Assembly: GCA_023231475.1 (NCBI GenBank)
Contig: JALJEE010002473.1
Location: forward strand, 1-64,000
Direction of reading: 5' to 3'
Length of the DNA: 64,000 bases
From: Seison nebaliae
Taxonomy: Eukaryota
Part shown: positions 52,382 through 64,000 of the stretch, piece after piece
How the letters are laid out: each line of letters opens with the position of its first letter
Numbering within the stretch: the first letter of the stretch is position 1
Made by a program: the position numbers and the translations under genes
The notes under the pieces: model-generated
What the model saw: the letters and a program-made list of their open reading frames with translations, nothing else
Database searches by the model: none
What the model was told of the DNA's origin: nothing

Positions 52382-54852
52382 TTTCGAAAATTATATGATT
52401 TGTTTTTGTATAAATAAAGATATCCATATTCGATTGGTGGTTTCTTACTAATGGCGATGTTCTCGTCGTTACAAATAATCCATTTATTATTACCATTAAA
52501 TTGATCGAGATGATGAGTGACATAATGACCAGAATGACATGATTCTCCCACATGAGAGACGAATCCTAAGAGTTCATATTCTGAAGATAAATTATCAATT
52601 TTCACATCATTCATATCACTTTCTTTCTCTTGTTGAATCAGATGTTTCTTATGATCATTATCTAAATGTTGATAATAATGAAGGAATTGATCAGTTGAAA
52701 AATTATTATCGAAACGTTTCATAATTCCAAGGACGAGTGAGAAAGCATCGGGTTCCTTTTCAGCGATTAAATTGAAGAATTCATTCAATTTTATTTCATC
52801 AACTCCTCTCTTTTCTCCTTCAGATTTTTTCCCTGATTTTTTCACTAATTCAAATTCTTTCATTAAACTATCATCATCCATATTCATCAATAGATAATTG
52901 GTGGCCTCTTCCATTTGTTGTTCTTTTTCCTTTCCATTGCATGATTTGTATAAACTCCATTTACATTGATTCTCTCCAAATCCCATTCCCATCATTTGTT
53001 CAAGAATTGAATTGTTAAATCGGAACGGCATTTCACCCAACACTTCTTCCGATGATTCTACAACAACTTCATTTTCTTCTCGTTTCAATTGAAAATTTCC
53101 CAAATTTAATGTTTGTGGCATTTTAATTGGATTTACTAATTTCATCGGTTCATATCTGTCATTCATTGTAAATCGACCAATTTGTATCCAAAGATATGGT
53201 GGAAATGATTTTAATGATTCTTTCACATATGCCTCATTCAATTCTGGATGTTTTGGATGTCGATATTCGATCAATTCCGTTTTTGTCCAATTATTCAATA
53301 ATGATGTAAAATCGATTTCTTCATTTTTATCTTTCTTCAAATAAATATGTGAAACGGGAATTTGGAGAATATATTCATCCTGCATTCTCTCCACCACATT
53401 ATCATTTCTCCATTTGAATTTCTTGCAAGTTTTGAACGAGAATAATTTACTAATAAAATTGAAAAGTTTCGATTGGGAATCCTTGAAGAGATTACAGAGA
53501 TAAAGAAAAAATTCCGCTGAATCTTGTTGTTTTTTCGAACTGAATTCATCATGATTCTTCACGAGAACTTGACGAAAAATTGCCGGACGAATCGATTCAT
53601 ATTCGCCACTAGCCATTCCATTGAATAATTTCAAAAATTGAAATGGTAAATCATCGACGAATTGGAATGATTCCGAATAATTGATTAAATGATCAACATA
53701 ATCATATTTAGACCATTTTAATCGTTCCTCTTTACACAAAACTGACGAAATGAGAAGTTGGAGAATTGAATTGATATAACATGAATTTCCCAAATTATCT
53801 AATCCTGTCAAATGTTTCCCACTCACTCGTTCCAATTCTTCATTCTTCTCACAAATTCTCTTATATTCATCACCATATTTTTTATTTAATTCAATTTCCA
53901 TTTCCACCGTCGTCTTTTCCATCTTCTTGAAATTTTTCCGATCAATTCCAAGTCGTTCAAGATTCTTATCTAAATGTCGATATCTCACAAAATTATCTTC
54001 TCCATAACTGTAAACTTCTGATTGTGTATCAGTCAACGTTCCCAATTTGACGACTAACGGATATTTTTTGTTTGTATTCTTATAATGAAGAAGGGCATGA
54101 TTATTTCCAGTTGGTATCATATCTGATGGATTTGTTGTAGTACTAGCAGCAATTCCATTATTCCTCCCACAACCAATACTTCCATCTGATAAATTTAACC
54201 ATAAATTACTTCTTAATTCACAATCGGCACATTTCAAATTTGCCAAATCTAAAGAATAATTTTTGGGAATATTAAACAATAAATTTTCAGAGAAAACTGA
54301 CTCCTGGATAATCTCTCCATCCCAAATACTATTCAATTGACTATTCGCTTTCTCTTCAATACTTTCAATCAACGATTGATGTTCCAGAATCGAATTGACA
54401 CTATCTCTCATCAATTCCGTTACTCCTTCTCCGAAATTCTTTTCCACAAGACAAATGTCTTTAGGCGATTTTAAGAATGAGCGTTGATTCAAAAATATTT
54501 TCTTTTTCAATTTCCCTTTCTCAATAAATACCAATTCTCGAAATTCGGTCAATTCGAATGAATTGGAAGAAAATCCACCAACAACACCAATCGCCAATCG
54601 GTTGATGGATTCACCTTCCGATTTATCAATCGGTTTCTTTACCTGATACAAGTGAAGGAAAACATCACTCCCACTAATTTCTCCATAATTAAACAAAAAT
54701 TGCACCCTAATCGCATGAAACGTTTTTAAACTCACAAATATCCCCATAGGTTTAACGACGGAGTCGAACGTTAAAAAACATTCATTCCGACACACCGAAT
54801 CATTTCTTCTCGCAACTCGAACATTCTTATCAACTGAATTACTTATTTCCAT
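52378..54852 (-). CDS. USP5: Ubiquitin-specific protease 5/13 (isopeptidase T), intronless
   Basis: ECFLTFDS, LAIGVVGGF, ZnF-UBP (C..C.L..NLWLNL.DG.I.CGR...GNNHA..HY...YPL.VKLGT), Cys box GLDNLGNSCYINS, QQDSAEF, UBA MGF, His box H.G.....GHYV, WI..NDE, GYLYLY. Confidence 0.92.
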   Translation of the reverse strand: MEISNSVDKNVRVARRNDSVCRNECFLTFDSVVKPMGIFVSLKTFHAIRVQFLFNYGEISGSDVFLHLYQVKKPIDKSEGESINRLAIGVVGGFSSNSFELTEFRELVFIEKGKLKKKIFLNQRSFLKSPKDICLVEKNFGEGVTELMRDSVNSILEHQSLIESIEEKANSQLNSIWDGEIIQESVFSENLLFNIPKNYSLDLANLKCADCELRSNLWLNLSDGSIGCGRNNGIAASTTTNPSDMIPTGNNHALLHYKNTNKKYPLVVKLGTLTDTQSEVYSYGEDNFVRYRHLDKNLERLGIDRKNFKKMEKTTVEMEIELNKKYGDEYKRICEKNEELERVSGKHLTGLDNLGNSCYINSILQLLISSVLCKEERLKWSKYDYVDHLINYSESFQFVDDLPFQFLKLFNGMASGEYESIRPAIFRQVLVKNHDEFSSKKQQDSAEFFLYLCNLFKDSQSKLFNFISKLFSFKTCKKFKWRNDNVVERMQDEYILQIPVSHIYLKKDKNEEIDFTSLLNNWTKTELIEYRHPKHPELNEAYVKESLKSFPPYLWIQIGRFTMNDRYEPMKLVNPIKMPQTLNLGNFQLKREENEVVVESSEEVLGEMPFRFNNSILEQMMGMGFGENQCKWSLYKSCNGKEKEQQMEEATNYLLMNMDDDSLMKEFELVKKSGKKSEGEKRGVDEIKLNEFFNLIAEKEPDAFSLVLGIMKRFDNNFSTDQFLHYYQHLDNDHKKHLIQQEKESDMNDVKIDNLSSEYELLGFVSHVGESCHSGHYVTHHLDQFNGNNKWIICNDENIAISKKPPIEYGYLYLYKNKSYNFRN

Positions 54853-55299
54853 TTTAACAATTTCTCCAATTTCAATTAACTAATTAAAAGTTCTTCAAAA
54901 AATTCTTTCACAATTTCTATTACAACAATTTCTTTCCAATTCGAATGAATGAGAAAAAAGCATATCTTTCAAAATTCAATTTCTTTTTTGTTCATAATCC
55001 TTTTTAGGCAATCATTTAATTTCAATTTCCATTTAAATTTTCAGCGTTTCTTCACTATTTAATTTTTTAAATTAAATTTTCATTTTTTTAAAATATATTA
55101 AAACAATTCCATGTAGTGAATAATTAATAATTTATCTGTCATTCTCTATCAAATTATTCAATTGAAGGTGAACTTAATATTTGTTCATTTTTTTTTAAAA
55201 GAATAAAATTAAATTTATTTGAATCTTTTTCAAAGTTTCAGCTTAATTTCCCCAACTCATAATTTCTTCCCACTTAAAATCGTTCGAAAAACGTGAGAA

Positions 55300-55662
55300 A
55301 TGTCTATCGGCGTTCCAATTAAAGTATTGCATGAAGCGGAGGGTCATGTTATAACATTGGAAACGGTTCTGGGTGAAGTTTATCGGGGGAAATTGATAGA
55401 AGCAGAAGATAACATGAATTGTCAAATGAGTGACATAACTGTCACTTATCGAGATGGTAAAAGTGGAAGATTGGAAACGGTTTATATTCGGGGATCAAAG
55501 ATTCGATTTTTCGTTCTGCCCGATATGTTAAAGAATGCACCAATGTTCAAAAACATACGAGGAGTAAAGAATGGTGGGAGAGGTAAAGCGGGATTGATGA
55601 GAGGAGGACCACCGAACAAAACATCGAAACGTGGTCGTGGTAATGTGTACATTCGTCCTTAA
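55300..55662 (+). CDS. SNRPD3: Sm protein D3, intronless
   Basis: [16 protein letters not shown]...[10 protein letters not shown]...[21 protein letters not shown] followed by an RG-rich tail. Confidence 0.97.
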   Translation: MSIGVPIKVLHEAEGHVITLETVLGEVYRGKLIEAEDNMNCQMSDITVTYRDGKSGRLETVYIRGSKIRFFVLPDMLKNAPMFKNIRGVKNGGRGKAGLMRGGPPNKTSKRGRGNVYIRP

Positions 55663-56073
55663 CATTCATGAACATTAACGACTGATAATGAATTTATGAA
55701 ATGGATTTAATCATCAATTTCTTCACAATTAACAACAAAGGAACTAAATAATTTTCTTTGTTTTTTTCCCATAAAAACACGTTGTCCATATCAATGAATA
55801 ATTTATTATTATTAAAACGAGAAGAATCTGTTATATAAACATTATTTTCTTTTTTTTATTTGTATAAAATCTTTATTGAAATAATTATTATAATAATCTC
55901 TTTCTCTCGTCTCTTTCTCGTCAATTCTTCTTATTTGTCTATGAGAAATAAGTAAATTAATTTCTAAAATTTCACTTTATAAAAATTTTTTTTTTCTCTC
56001 TCATAAAACTTCATCATTTTAACTTACTTGTTAAATTTAACTATTCTCATAATTGTCAGTCAATTGTAGGAGG

Positions 56074-57119
56074 ATGGATTCCAATCAGATAAAATTATCA
56101 TTTAATCAGCAGAACAATGTGACAGTTCATTTGTTTGGTGCAAGTGTCATTTCTTGGAGGGTGAATGGAAAAGAACGATTATTTTTGAGGTTTCTTTTAT
56201 TACTTTTTATTAAGAAATTGAAATAATTTAGTGAGAAAACCAATTTAAAAAATTTTTCACAAGCGTTTCGTGGCGGTATTCCGATTGTATTTCGTTAATA
56301 TTCTCTTATCTTCAAAATTTATCATTAAACTTATCAGCTCATTTTAACATGTGGGATGACGGTAAACCGAAACATGGATTTGCCAGAATTTCATTCTGGA
56401 AATATGAGGGAATAGTAAAAGGAAATGATTTCATCAAAGGAACATTTACTCTAAAGGACACGGAAGAAACGAATAAATATTTTGATTTCAGGTCCATAAT
56501 TTTTTTTAGATTTCTATAAAATTTGATGTGACATTTGAAGATTTCAATTGAAATATAATGTATTTGTTGGAAATAATTCATTGAAATGTGAAATGATTAT
56601 AGAAAATAATGGAGATAATGAAATGCCATATCATTTCCTTTTTCACAATTATTTCAAATTGGATGATATGAAGACGATGAAGATTATCGGATTACAACAT
56701 CAATCTTATACTGAGAAAGTTTTCGTTTTTAACGTTCAATATCAAAAACTCTTGTTATGATTGTTTAGTATGGGTCGATGGAGAATACGAAAAAAGATAT
56801 TGATGAAAATGAATTCTTCTCATTACCAACGGAAAAATTTAAAGGATCTGATCGAATTTACGATGATCATAGAAAAGCGGTCCAATATCATAATGCTGGT
56901 TCGGTATTGACAGTCAATCGGACTAATTTAAATACGATCGGTTAACATTTCACATGAGGAGAAAAAGTTTTTCAATATTTTTAAGTTATCTGGAATCCAT
57001 GGACGAAATTGGAAGAATATGAGAATTTCATTTGTATCGAACCGGGAGATGTTACCAGAAAAAATTTATTAGGAAAACGTCAATCTGTCACTCATATACA
57101 ATCATTAGAAATTAAATGA
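56074..57119 (+). CDS. Glucose-6-phosphate 1-epimerase (aldose 1-epimerase family), 6 exons
   Basis: V.LFGASVISW...ERLFLS, RGGIPIVFP.F, HGFAR..W, FHNYF, DRIY, VIWNPW, FICIEPG after removing five short introns. Confidence 0.92.
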
Positions 57120-57456
57120 TTCGGTTAAGAAAAAATGGAAATAGATAGAAGAATAGTTTAATTGTAGAAGATTTTAAATAAATTTTATGAAAATTTTAAT
57201 TAAATAAAAATTAATTATTTTAAGCTATTTATTGAAAATGTGAAATTGTGATGAATAAAGAAAAATGATGATGATGAGAGTGAATAACAAAAAATATTGA
57301 ATTTTCCCATCCTATTGTTGCATTTGAATGACAAGGAATATGTACGAATAATTGTAAGAATGGAGAGTGCATAGAAATAAGGAGATTAAATTAACAATTA
57401 AAAAAGGAAAAAAACTACTTAATTTCTACTTGGATTTTCAATTTAATTTACCAATA

Positions 57457-58596
57457 ATGAATATGGATATTGAAGAGGACGTCGATAAAATGGAGGAATT
57501 AGATGATGGAGGAGATGTTAAACAAATGCAAGGATTAGCTTTGAGAGATGATGATGAGAAGAATGATTTAAACGAATTGAAAGAAATGCTCAAAAATGAT
57601 ATCACTATGAATCATATGGAGGAAAATGGAATTGATGAAAACAATAATAATAATAGTAACATTGAAATTCCTGTTAATCAAATGGAAAACGAATTGACAA
57701 TCGATGAATTTTCTGCATTACAATCTACCAATGATCAGCAGGAGATCGCTCAAACATTAAAAAATCGTGTTCCGACGAGAAGACCATCATTGGAATCGAT
57801 TGATCCAAAGAATACAACGAAAAATGAGGAATTGGAGGAAGAAAAGAAGAAATTGGAGGAAATGGCAAAAAGGAAAAAGTTGAAAAAGAATCGACAAGCA
57901 AATGAGAAAAAAGGAACGAAAAAATTTTTTCGTGCAATTGAACAAATTCGCACAGCACGACCTGATTTATTTGATAAGAATGACGTTGAAGAGAATGAAC
58001 TTTCTGCTACTGATTCGGAAGAGATTGAAGATGAATTACCAACATCAATTCTCTTTTCGAATATTCCCGAAACTCTCTTCGACGACCAATCGAAAAAAGA
58101 GAATTTTCAACGTGATCTCTCCATTTACGAGAAAGAGCCACCGGTTTTCTTATTTTTGAAAAGTTTCGACCGAATTCGAATAACTTATCAAGAACCTGAA
58201 TCAGCCAGATCAGCTCAAATTGATTGGAATGGAAAAAAGTTGTATGGATCAACTTTACACTGTTTCTTTCAACTTCCCATTTTTACCAGAATTTTAGCAA
58301 ACTCTTCCAAATTTCTTTTACCTCCACCACCTGAAAAACAATTTCTTATATCACCTCCAGCTTCCCCACCAATGGGATGGAAACAAGGTTTGGAAGAACC
58401 TCCAATTATTAATAATGATCTTATTGCTTTGTTGAACAACATGAAGAGTAAGGAACCTTTGGAAATCGAACCAACTGTACCAAATGTTCCTAAAATAGTC
58501 CTACATCCTTGTACTGATGACATTGATAGTGAAGACGTATCATTATCTATCGATTCATCCACTGCTTTTATTGACAACAATGAACAACAACAATAA
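57457..58596 (+). CDS. RCAN: Calcipressin/RCAN with a long acidic N-terminal extension, intronless
   Basis: LPTSILFSNI...F, F..LKSF.RIRI.Y, L.PP.PEKQFLISPPASPP.GW (SP motif), PxIxIT-like PKIVLHPC. First ATG at 57457; the ORF track starts at an upstream GTG. Confidence 0.92.
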   Translation: MNMDIEEDVDKMEELDDGGDVKQMQGLALRDDDEKNDLNELKEMLKNDITMNHMEENGIDENNNNNSNIEIPVNQMENELTIDEFSALQSTNDQQEIAQTLKNRVPTRRPSLESIDPKNTTKNEELEEEKKKLEEMAKRKKLKKNRQANEKKGTKKFFRAIEQIRTARPDLFDKNDVEENELSATDSEEIEDELPTSILFSNIPETLFDDQSKKENFQRDLSIYEKEPPVFLFLKSFDRIRITYQEPESARSAQIDWNGKKLYGSTLHCFFQLPIFTRILANSSKFLLPPPPEKQFLISPPASPPMGWKQGLEEPPIINNDLIALLNNMKSKEPLEIEPTVPNVPKIVLHPCTDDIDSEDVSLSIDSSTAFIDNNEQQQ

Positions 58597-59020
58597 TAAT
58601 TCACATCTCACATTCTATAAATGTTCTTTTTAACTTTTAATTTCACAATCGAAAAAGAACATTGAGAATAACAAATATTTCTAATCAAACATATAATTAT
58701 ATCATCTTCCAATTTTGATAAATGCTCTTTCATTACAAATGAAGTTCTTTTCTCCTTATCAAAAAATCTTCCTTCAAAAATTCGAATATTCTTAATATTT
58801 GAATAATTTAATATTTTATGAAGAAAAAAAGAAACTATTCAACATTTAAATAAAATGTGACACATTTCAAAATTGAAATTAACTTTAACACATTTATAGA
58901 AATTCTTGAAATTTGAATTTTAAAAGCCAAACTTTTAAATTTTTTTCCTCATAAAAATAATAAAACTTATTAGCTTTTCGATTGAAGGAATGATGATGTT
59001 ATTTCAATTTTAAATACACG

Positions 59021-59030
59021 CTTCTCTCAC
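59021..59030 (+). promoter_or_regulatory. Possible TCT/5'-TOP transcription start of RPL21
   Basis: Pyrimidine tract CTTCTCTC upstream of a ribosomal protein gene, followed by GTT donors at 59063 and 59155 and an acceptor AG directly before the ATG (59341-59342). Confidence 0.4.
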
Positions 59031-59189
59031 AAACAACAAGAACGTTCTCGGTCACTTTGGAAGTTATATTTTGATTCAATGATATGAATATTTTCATAAG
59101 TTGTATCTTTCAATTATCCCAATTTAGAGAAGGACTAATTCTCAATTATAAAACGTTAGTTATTTCTATTCGATTCTTATTGCTCCTTA

Positions 59190-59268
59190 ATTTTATGATG
59201 ATATAAATATTGCGAGTATGAGTTTTATGATTACATACCTATTTCCTTATCTACATTGTCTGATGGAA
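59190..59268 (+). ncRNA. Box C/D snoRNA, U34 (SNORD34)/snR62-type guide, in an RPL21 5'-UTR intron
   Basis: C box ATGATGA (59195-59201), D'/C'-like ATGA...ATGATTA, D box CTGA (59260-59263). The guide CTTATCTACATTGT is complementary to the conserved LSU rRNA ACAAUGUAG(A/G)UAAG, and D+5 pairs with the U of AAUG. It lies 79 nt upstream of the 3' splice site. Confidence 0.8.
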
Positions 59269-59342
59269 AATATTCCAATTGATGAGATTGATCTTCGAAT
59301 GAATTCGATAAATTCTTAATATATTTTTCCTTTATTTTCAAG

Positions 59343-59927
59343 ATGACGAATCCGAAAGGTATACGACGTGGCACAAGATATTTGTTCGCAAGAGATTTCC
59401 GTAAGCATGGAGTAATTCCTTTGTCTGCTTACTTGAAAATCTACAAACGCGGAGATATTGTTGATATTAAGGGGAATGGAGCTGTCCAAAAGGGTATGCC
59501 TCATAAAGTTTATCATGGGAAGACTGGTCGCGTATTTAACGTAACAAAACGAGCGATCGGTGTAATTGTTAACAAGAAAGTTCGGTTAGTATTCAATAAG
59601 AAAAATAAATGAGTAATATTAATTTTAATTTCAGTGGACGAATTATCCCAAAGAAAGTTAACGTTCGAGTTGAACATATTAATCATTCGAAATGTCGAAC
59701 GGATTTCTTGGATCGTGTTAAACGTAATGAGCAAATTAAATTGAAAGTGAAAAAAGGTGAAATAGAATTTCAAAATTTGAAGAGAATAGTTTCTAATTTT
59801 ATTTAGAATATTTATTCAAATAATATTGTATTAATTTTAGCCGAAACAACCGCTCAAAGGACATGTGGTTGAAGTAAAGGCGAATAAGGAATTGATCAAA
59901 CCAATTAAGTACGAATTTATTGCTTAA
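59343..59927 (+). CDS. RPL21: 60S ribosomal protein L21 (eL21), 3 coding exons
   Basis: [23 protein letters not shown]...[19 protein letters not shown]...VRVEHI.HSKCR.DFL.RVK.N...PIKYEFIA*. Confidence 0.97.
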
Positions 59928-60108
59928 TTATTATTACTTATACTTTATATCAATAAAATATTCGTGATGTTTTTCTATTAATGAATTTAATTTTAATTAA
60001 TTAATTAATTTCATTTGAATCTTATTTTTATTTAGTTGAAGCTTAAATATTAAATTGAATATAAATCCAATATGATTATAAATAAAATTCTTAGATAAAG
60101 TAAAAATA

Positions 60109-60148
60109 GTTGCTAAGATATATTGAGTATGATGTGCATCTAAGCAAC
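60109..60148. promoter_or_regulatory. Two X-box-like motifs upstream of B9D1
   Basis: GTTGCTAAGATAT (60109-60121) and GCATCTAAGCAAC (60136-60148; reverse complement GTTGCTTAGATGC), 45-85 nt before the ATG of a ciliary gene. Confidence 0.45.
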
Positions 60149-60191
60149 CATTTATCATTGAATCTATCAATTTTCAGATAGATGAGAAAGG

Positions 60192-60962
60192 ATGTCATAC
60201 TTTTTATATTGTATGAATGGTTCAATAGATTTTGCAGAAGTTAAATATTTTTAATACGAATGAAAATAAGATGGAAACATTTTTTAGTTAACAGAATTCG
60301 ATGATATATTTATAAAATTCGTTTATGTTAATGGACCAGATTGGTTGAAGATAACAGTTTATTATTGTTACTCAATGAAAATTTCAAGATTTTTATTAAG
60401 GGAATAGATTCTGGTGCAACACAAATATCTCATAAATCACAAGATGAGAGAGGTCAATCTTCATTCAATTTCCCATTAGAAATCACTTACAAAAGCACTT
60501 GTCCTTATGGATGGCCACAAATTGTTGTTAGTTGTTATGGACCAGATATGTTAGGAAGAGATGTGGTTCGAGGTTATGGATCAGTTCATCTACCTATGTC
60601 CCCAGGTCGACATTATCGACGGATTGCACTTTTCGTACCACAGAGTACATCACTTCACCAACAATTTCTCTCGTGGATACGTGGTAGAAGACCGGAATAT
60701 GTCGACCCAAGAATTGTTGCTCATTCAGAAGGACGAGAAAGTTATTCCAATTTTTTTCCATTCACAATCTCCTATCATTTAATTAGTTACTAGATGTCGA
60801 TCACAAGGCTACATAAATTTGAGTTTTAATGTCGTCATAAAAGATTTATCGAAATTGGGATATCGAATTCTACCTAATTTTGGTAGTGCGTCTGATGGTG
60901 CTGAACATTTGGCAGCAATGATGAATCAAATTGCCATAACTGGAGACACGACAATTAGATAA
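60192..60962 (+). CDS. B9D1: B9 domain-containing protein 1 (ciliary transition zone), 4 exons
   Basis: [16 protein letters not shown]|...[76 protein letters not shown]. Confidence 0.94.
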
Positions 60963-61022
60963 AGTGGATTTTATTGTAAAAAAAAAACGAAATTTTCGGT
61001 TCATTCGAAAAGAAATTTAAAT

Positions 61023-62789
<1,767 letters not shown>

Positions 62790-62812
62790 TCAATAGATTT
62801 TTCGGGAAACTT

Positions 62813-62826
62813 GTTCTCTTGGAAAC
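62813..62826. promoter_or_regulatory. X-box-like motif upstream of RUVBL2
   Basis: GTTCTC-TT-GGAAAC, ~60-70 nt upstream of the RUVBL2 ATG (minus strand). Confidence 0.35.
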
Positions 62827-63221
62827 GTTAATTAAAATGAAGCTTTCTTTTACAATTTAATTTTATAAACATTTCTATTATCATTTCTATTTCATTGTCT
62901 ACTTATAAAAAAACTTAGAATGAGCCATCGACAACCTGATCTTCTTCTTCCTTTTTTTATGGAAAAACATTCATGTGATAACTTCATATTGTTTATTAAA
63001 AATTTTACGATGAATTTCTTCGATTATTTTGTCTAAACCATATGTCATTGGAGAATAAACAAACATCATTGTTATGGAATCGAAGTTCCTTCTCTAATTG
63101 ATGATGATATGATCTCATGTTTCTACAAATTATTTCAATATAAAACCAGATGATGTATCACTTCGAGAATATGTTTATGAAATTTGCCAGACAAAATATT
63201 ATCAGAAAAATTTAACGAAAA

Positions 63222-64000
63222 ATGTTCATAATTCTTCTTCTTTCTTTCTTATCAATCATAAATGCATATTCTGCGCCAGATCGCAGTTGTGAATTCGTCG
63301 TAAAAAATCCCCAAATATTATCTGAATGCATTAATTTTGATGTAACTATTCTCTTTACCGCATTTTCTGGAAATCTCGGACTGGTATGTGATCAGTTGAC
63401 TAGACAACTTTCCTGTATTAAAGAAAGATATCGAAATTGTCTAATCGGTTATGGAGTTTACACTTTTTATTATTTTTCTTTTCTTACTTTTCTTCTTCAA
63501 CAACTTCCAGACAATTAATGGAATTATTCAAGATATTCGATTTATGTTCGATAATTGTTGCGATATTCGACATTTGGAACGATGTCCATTAAGTTCATTA
63601 TTTTCATTAAATTCTCTAAGTATTCAAAATATTTAAGATAGAAAATTTAAAGCTTGTTTTCCTGGTAGATCGATTGTTGAAACTGATCGTGGTAATATTC
63701 AGATAAATAAATTAAAAATTGGCAATAAGATAAAAGTTATTGATAGACATGGTCAAATAATGTTTACACCAATAATTGGATGGTTACATCGCAATCAAAA
63801 TTCAATGGGTTAAATTTCTTCAATAAAAATTTTTTTAATTTTTTACTTAAAATTCATTTAACAGGATTTTTTCAAGAAATAGAAGCAATTCGGATGACGA
63901 ATGAGACAATTAACTTTCGTATTTCACCGAAACATCTAATTGCTTTCTGGAATAAGAAATCGAGAAGAATAAAAATCAAACCAGCAAAAAATTTGTGTCT
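63222..64000 (+). CDS. Secreted Hedgehog-related protein: signal peptide + 8-Cys domain + Hint (Hog) domain; 3'-partial
   Basis: Exons 63222-63455, 63511-63592, 63638-63808 and 63865-end give ...RCPLNRKFKA|CFPGRSIVETDRGNIQINKLKIGNKIKV...IIGWLHR...FRISPKHLI. Hint block A CF at 63655, L..GD-like motif, block B (T/S)xxH. Confidence 0.85.

Noticed and set aside
56074..57119. G6P 1-epimerase as a bacterial horizontal transfer
   Set aside because: The family is widespread in eukaryotes, the gene has five host-type introns and typical composition; nothing in the sequence supports HGT without a phylogeny.
58989..59001. Second C/D snoRNA (ATGATGA) upstream of RPL21
   Set aside because: No suitably spaced CTGA D box or recognisable rRNA guide.

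Overview
Very AT-rich, gene-dense eukaryotic (animal) genomic DNA with tiny introns, mostly ~40-56 nt. The species cannot be identified from sequence alone; a compact-genome invertebrate is inferred. Two dense gene clusters flank a middle region. The left cluster (0.5-11.3 kb) holds METTL2, an unannotated 4-exon secreted protein, KIF17/OSM-3, CALML4, three orphan basic ORFs, ALG6 and NDUFB11. The right cluster (52-64 kb) holds MRPS16, USP5/13, SNRPD3, glucose-6-phosphate 1-epimerase, RCAN, RPL21, B9D1, RUVBL2 and a Hint-domain protein truncated by the window end. The middle contains decayed retroelements and MITEs, a globin, two tandem ADAMTS-like genes, orphan secreted ORFs and a K-Cl cotransporter. 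Most notable: (1) 5' splice sites are almost all GTT/GTC instead of GTRAG, hinting at an altered donor-recognition code; (2) a secreted 8-Cys domain fused to a Hedgehog-type Hint autoprocessing domain; (3) very tight gene packing (ALG6-NDUFB11 10 nt apart; MRPS16 and USP5 stop codons overlap in one TTAA); (4) a U34/snR62-type C/D snoRNA in an RPL21 5'-UTR intron; (5) RFX X-box motifs upstream of ciliary genes. All exon structures were deduced by hand and have no transcript support.
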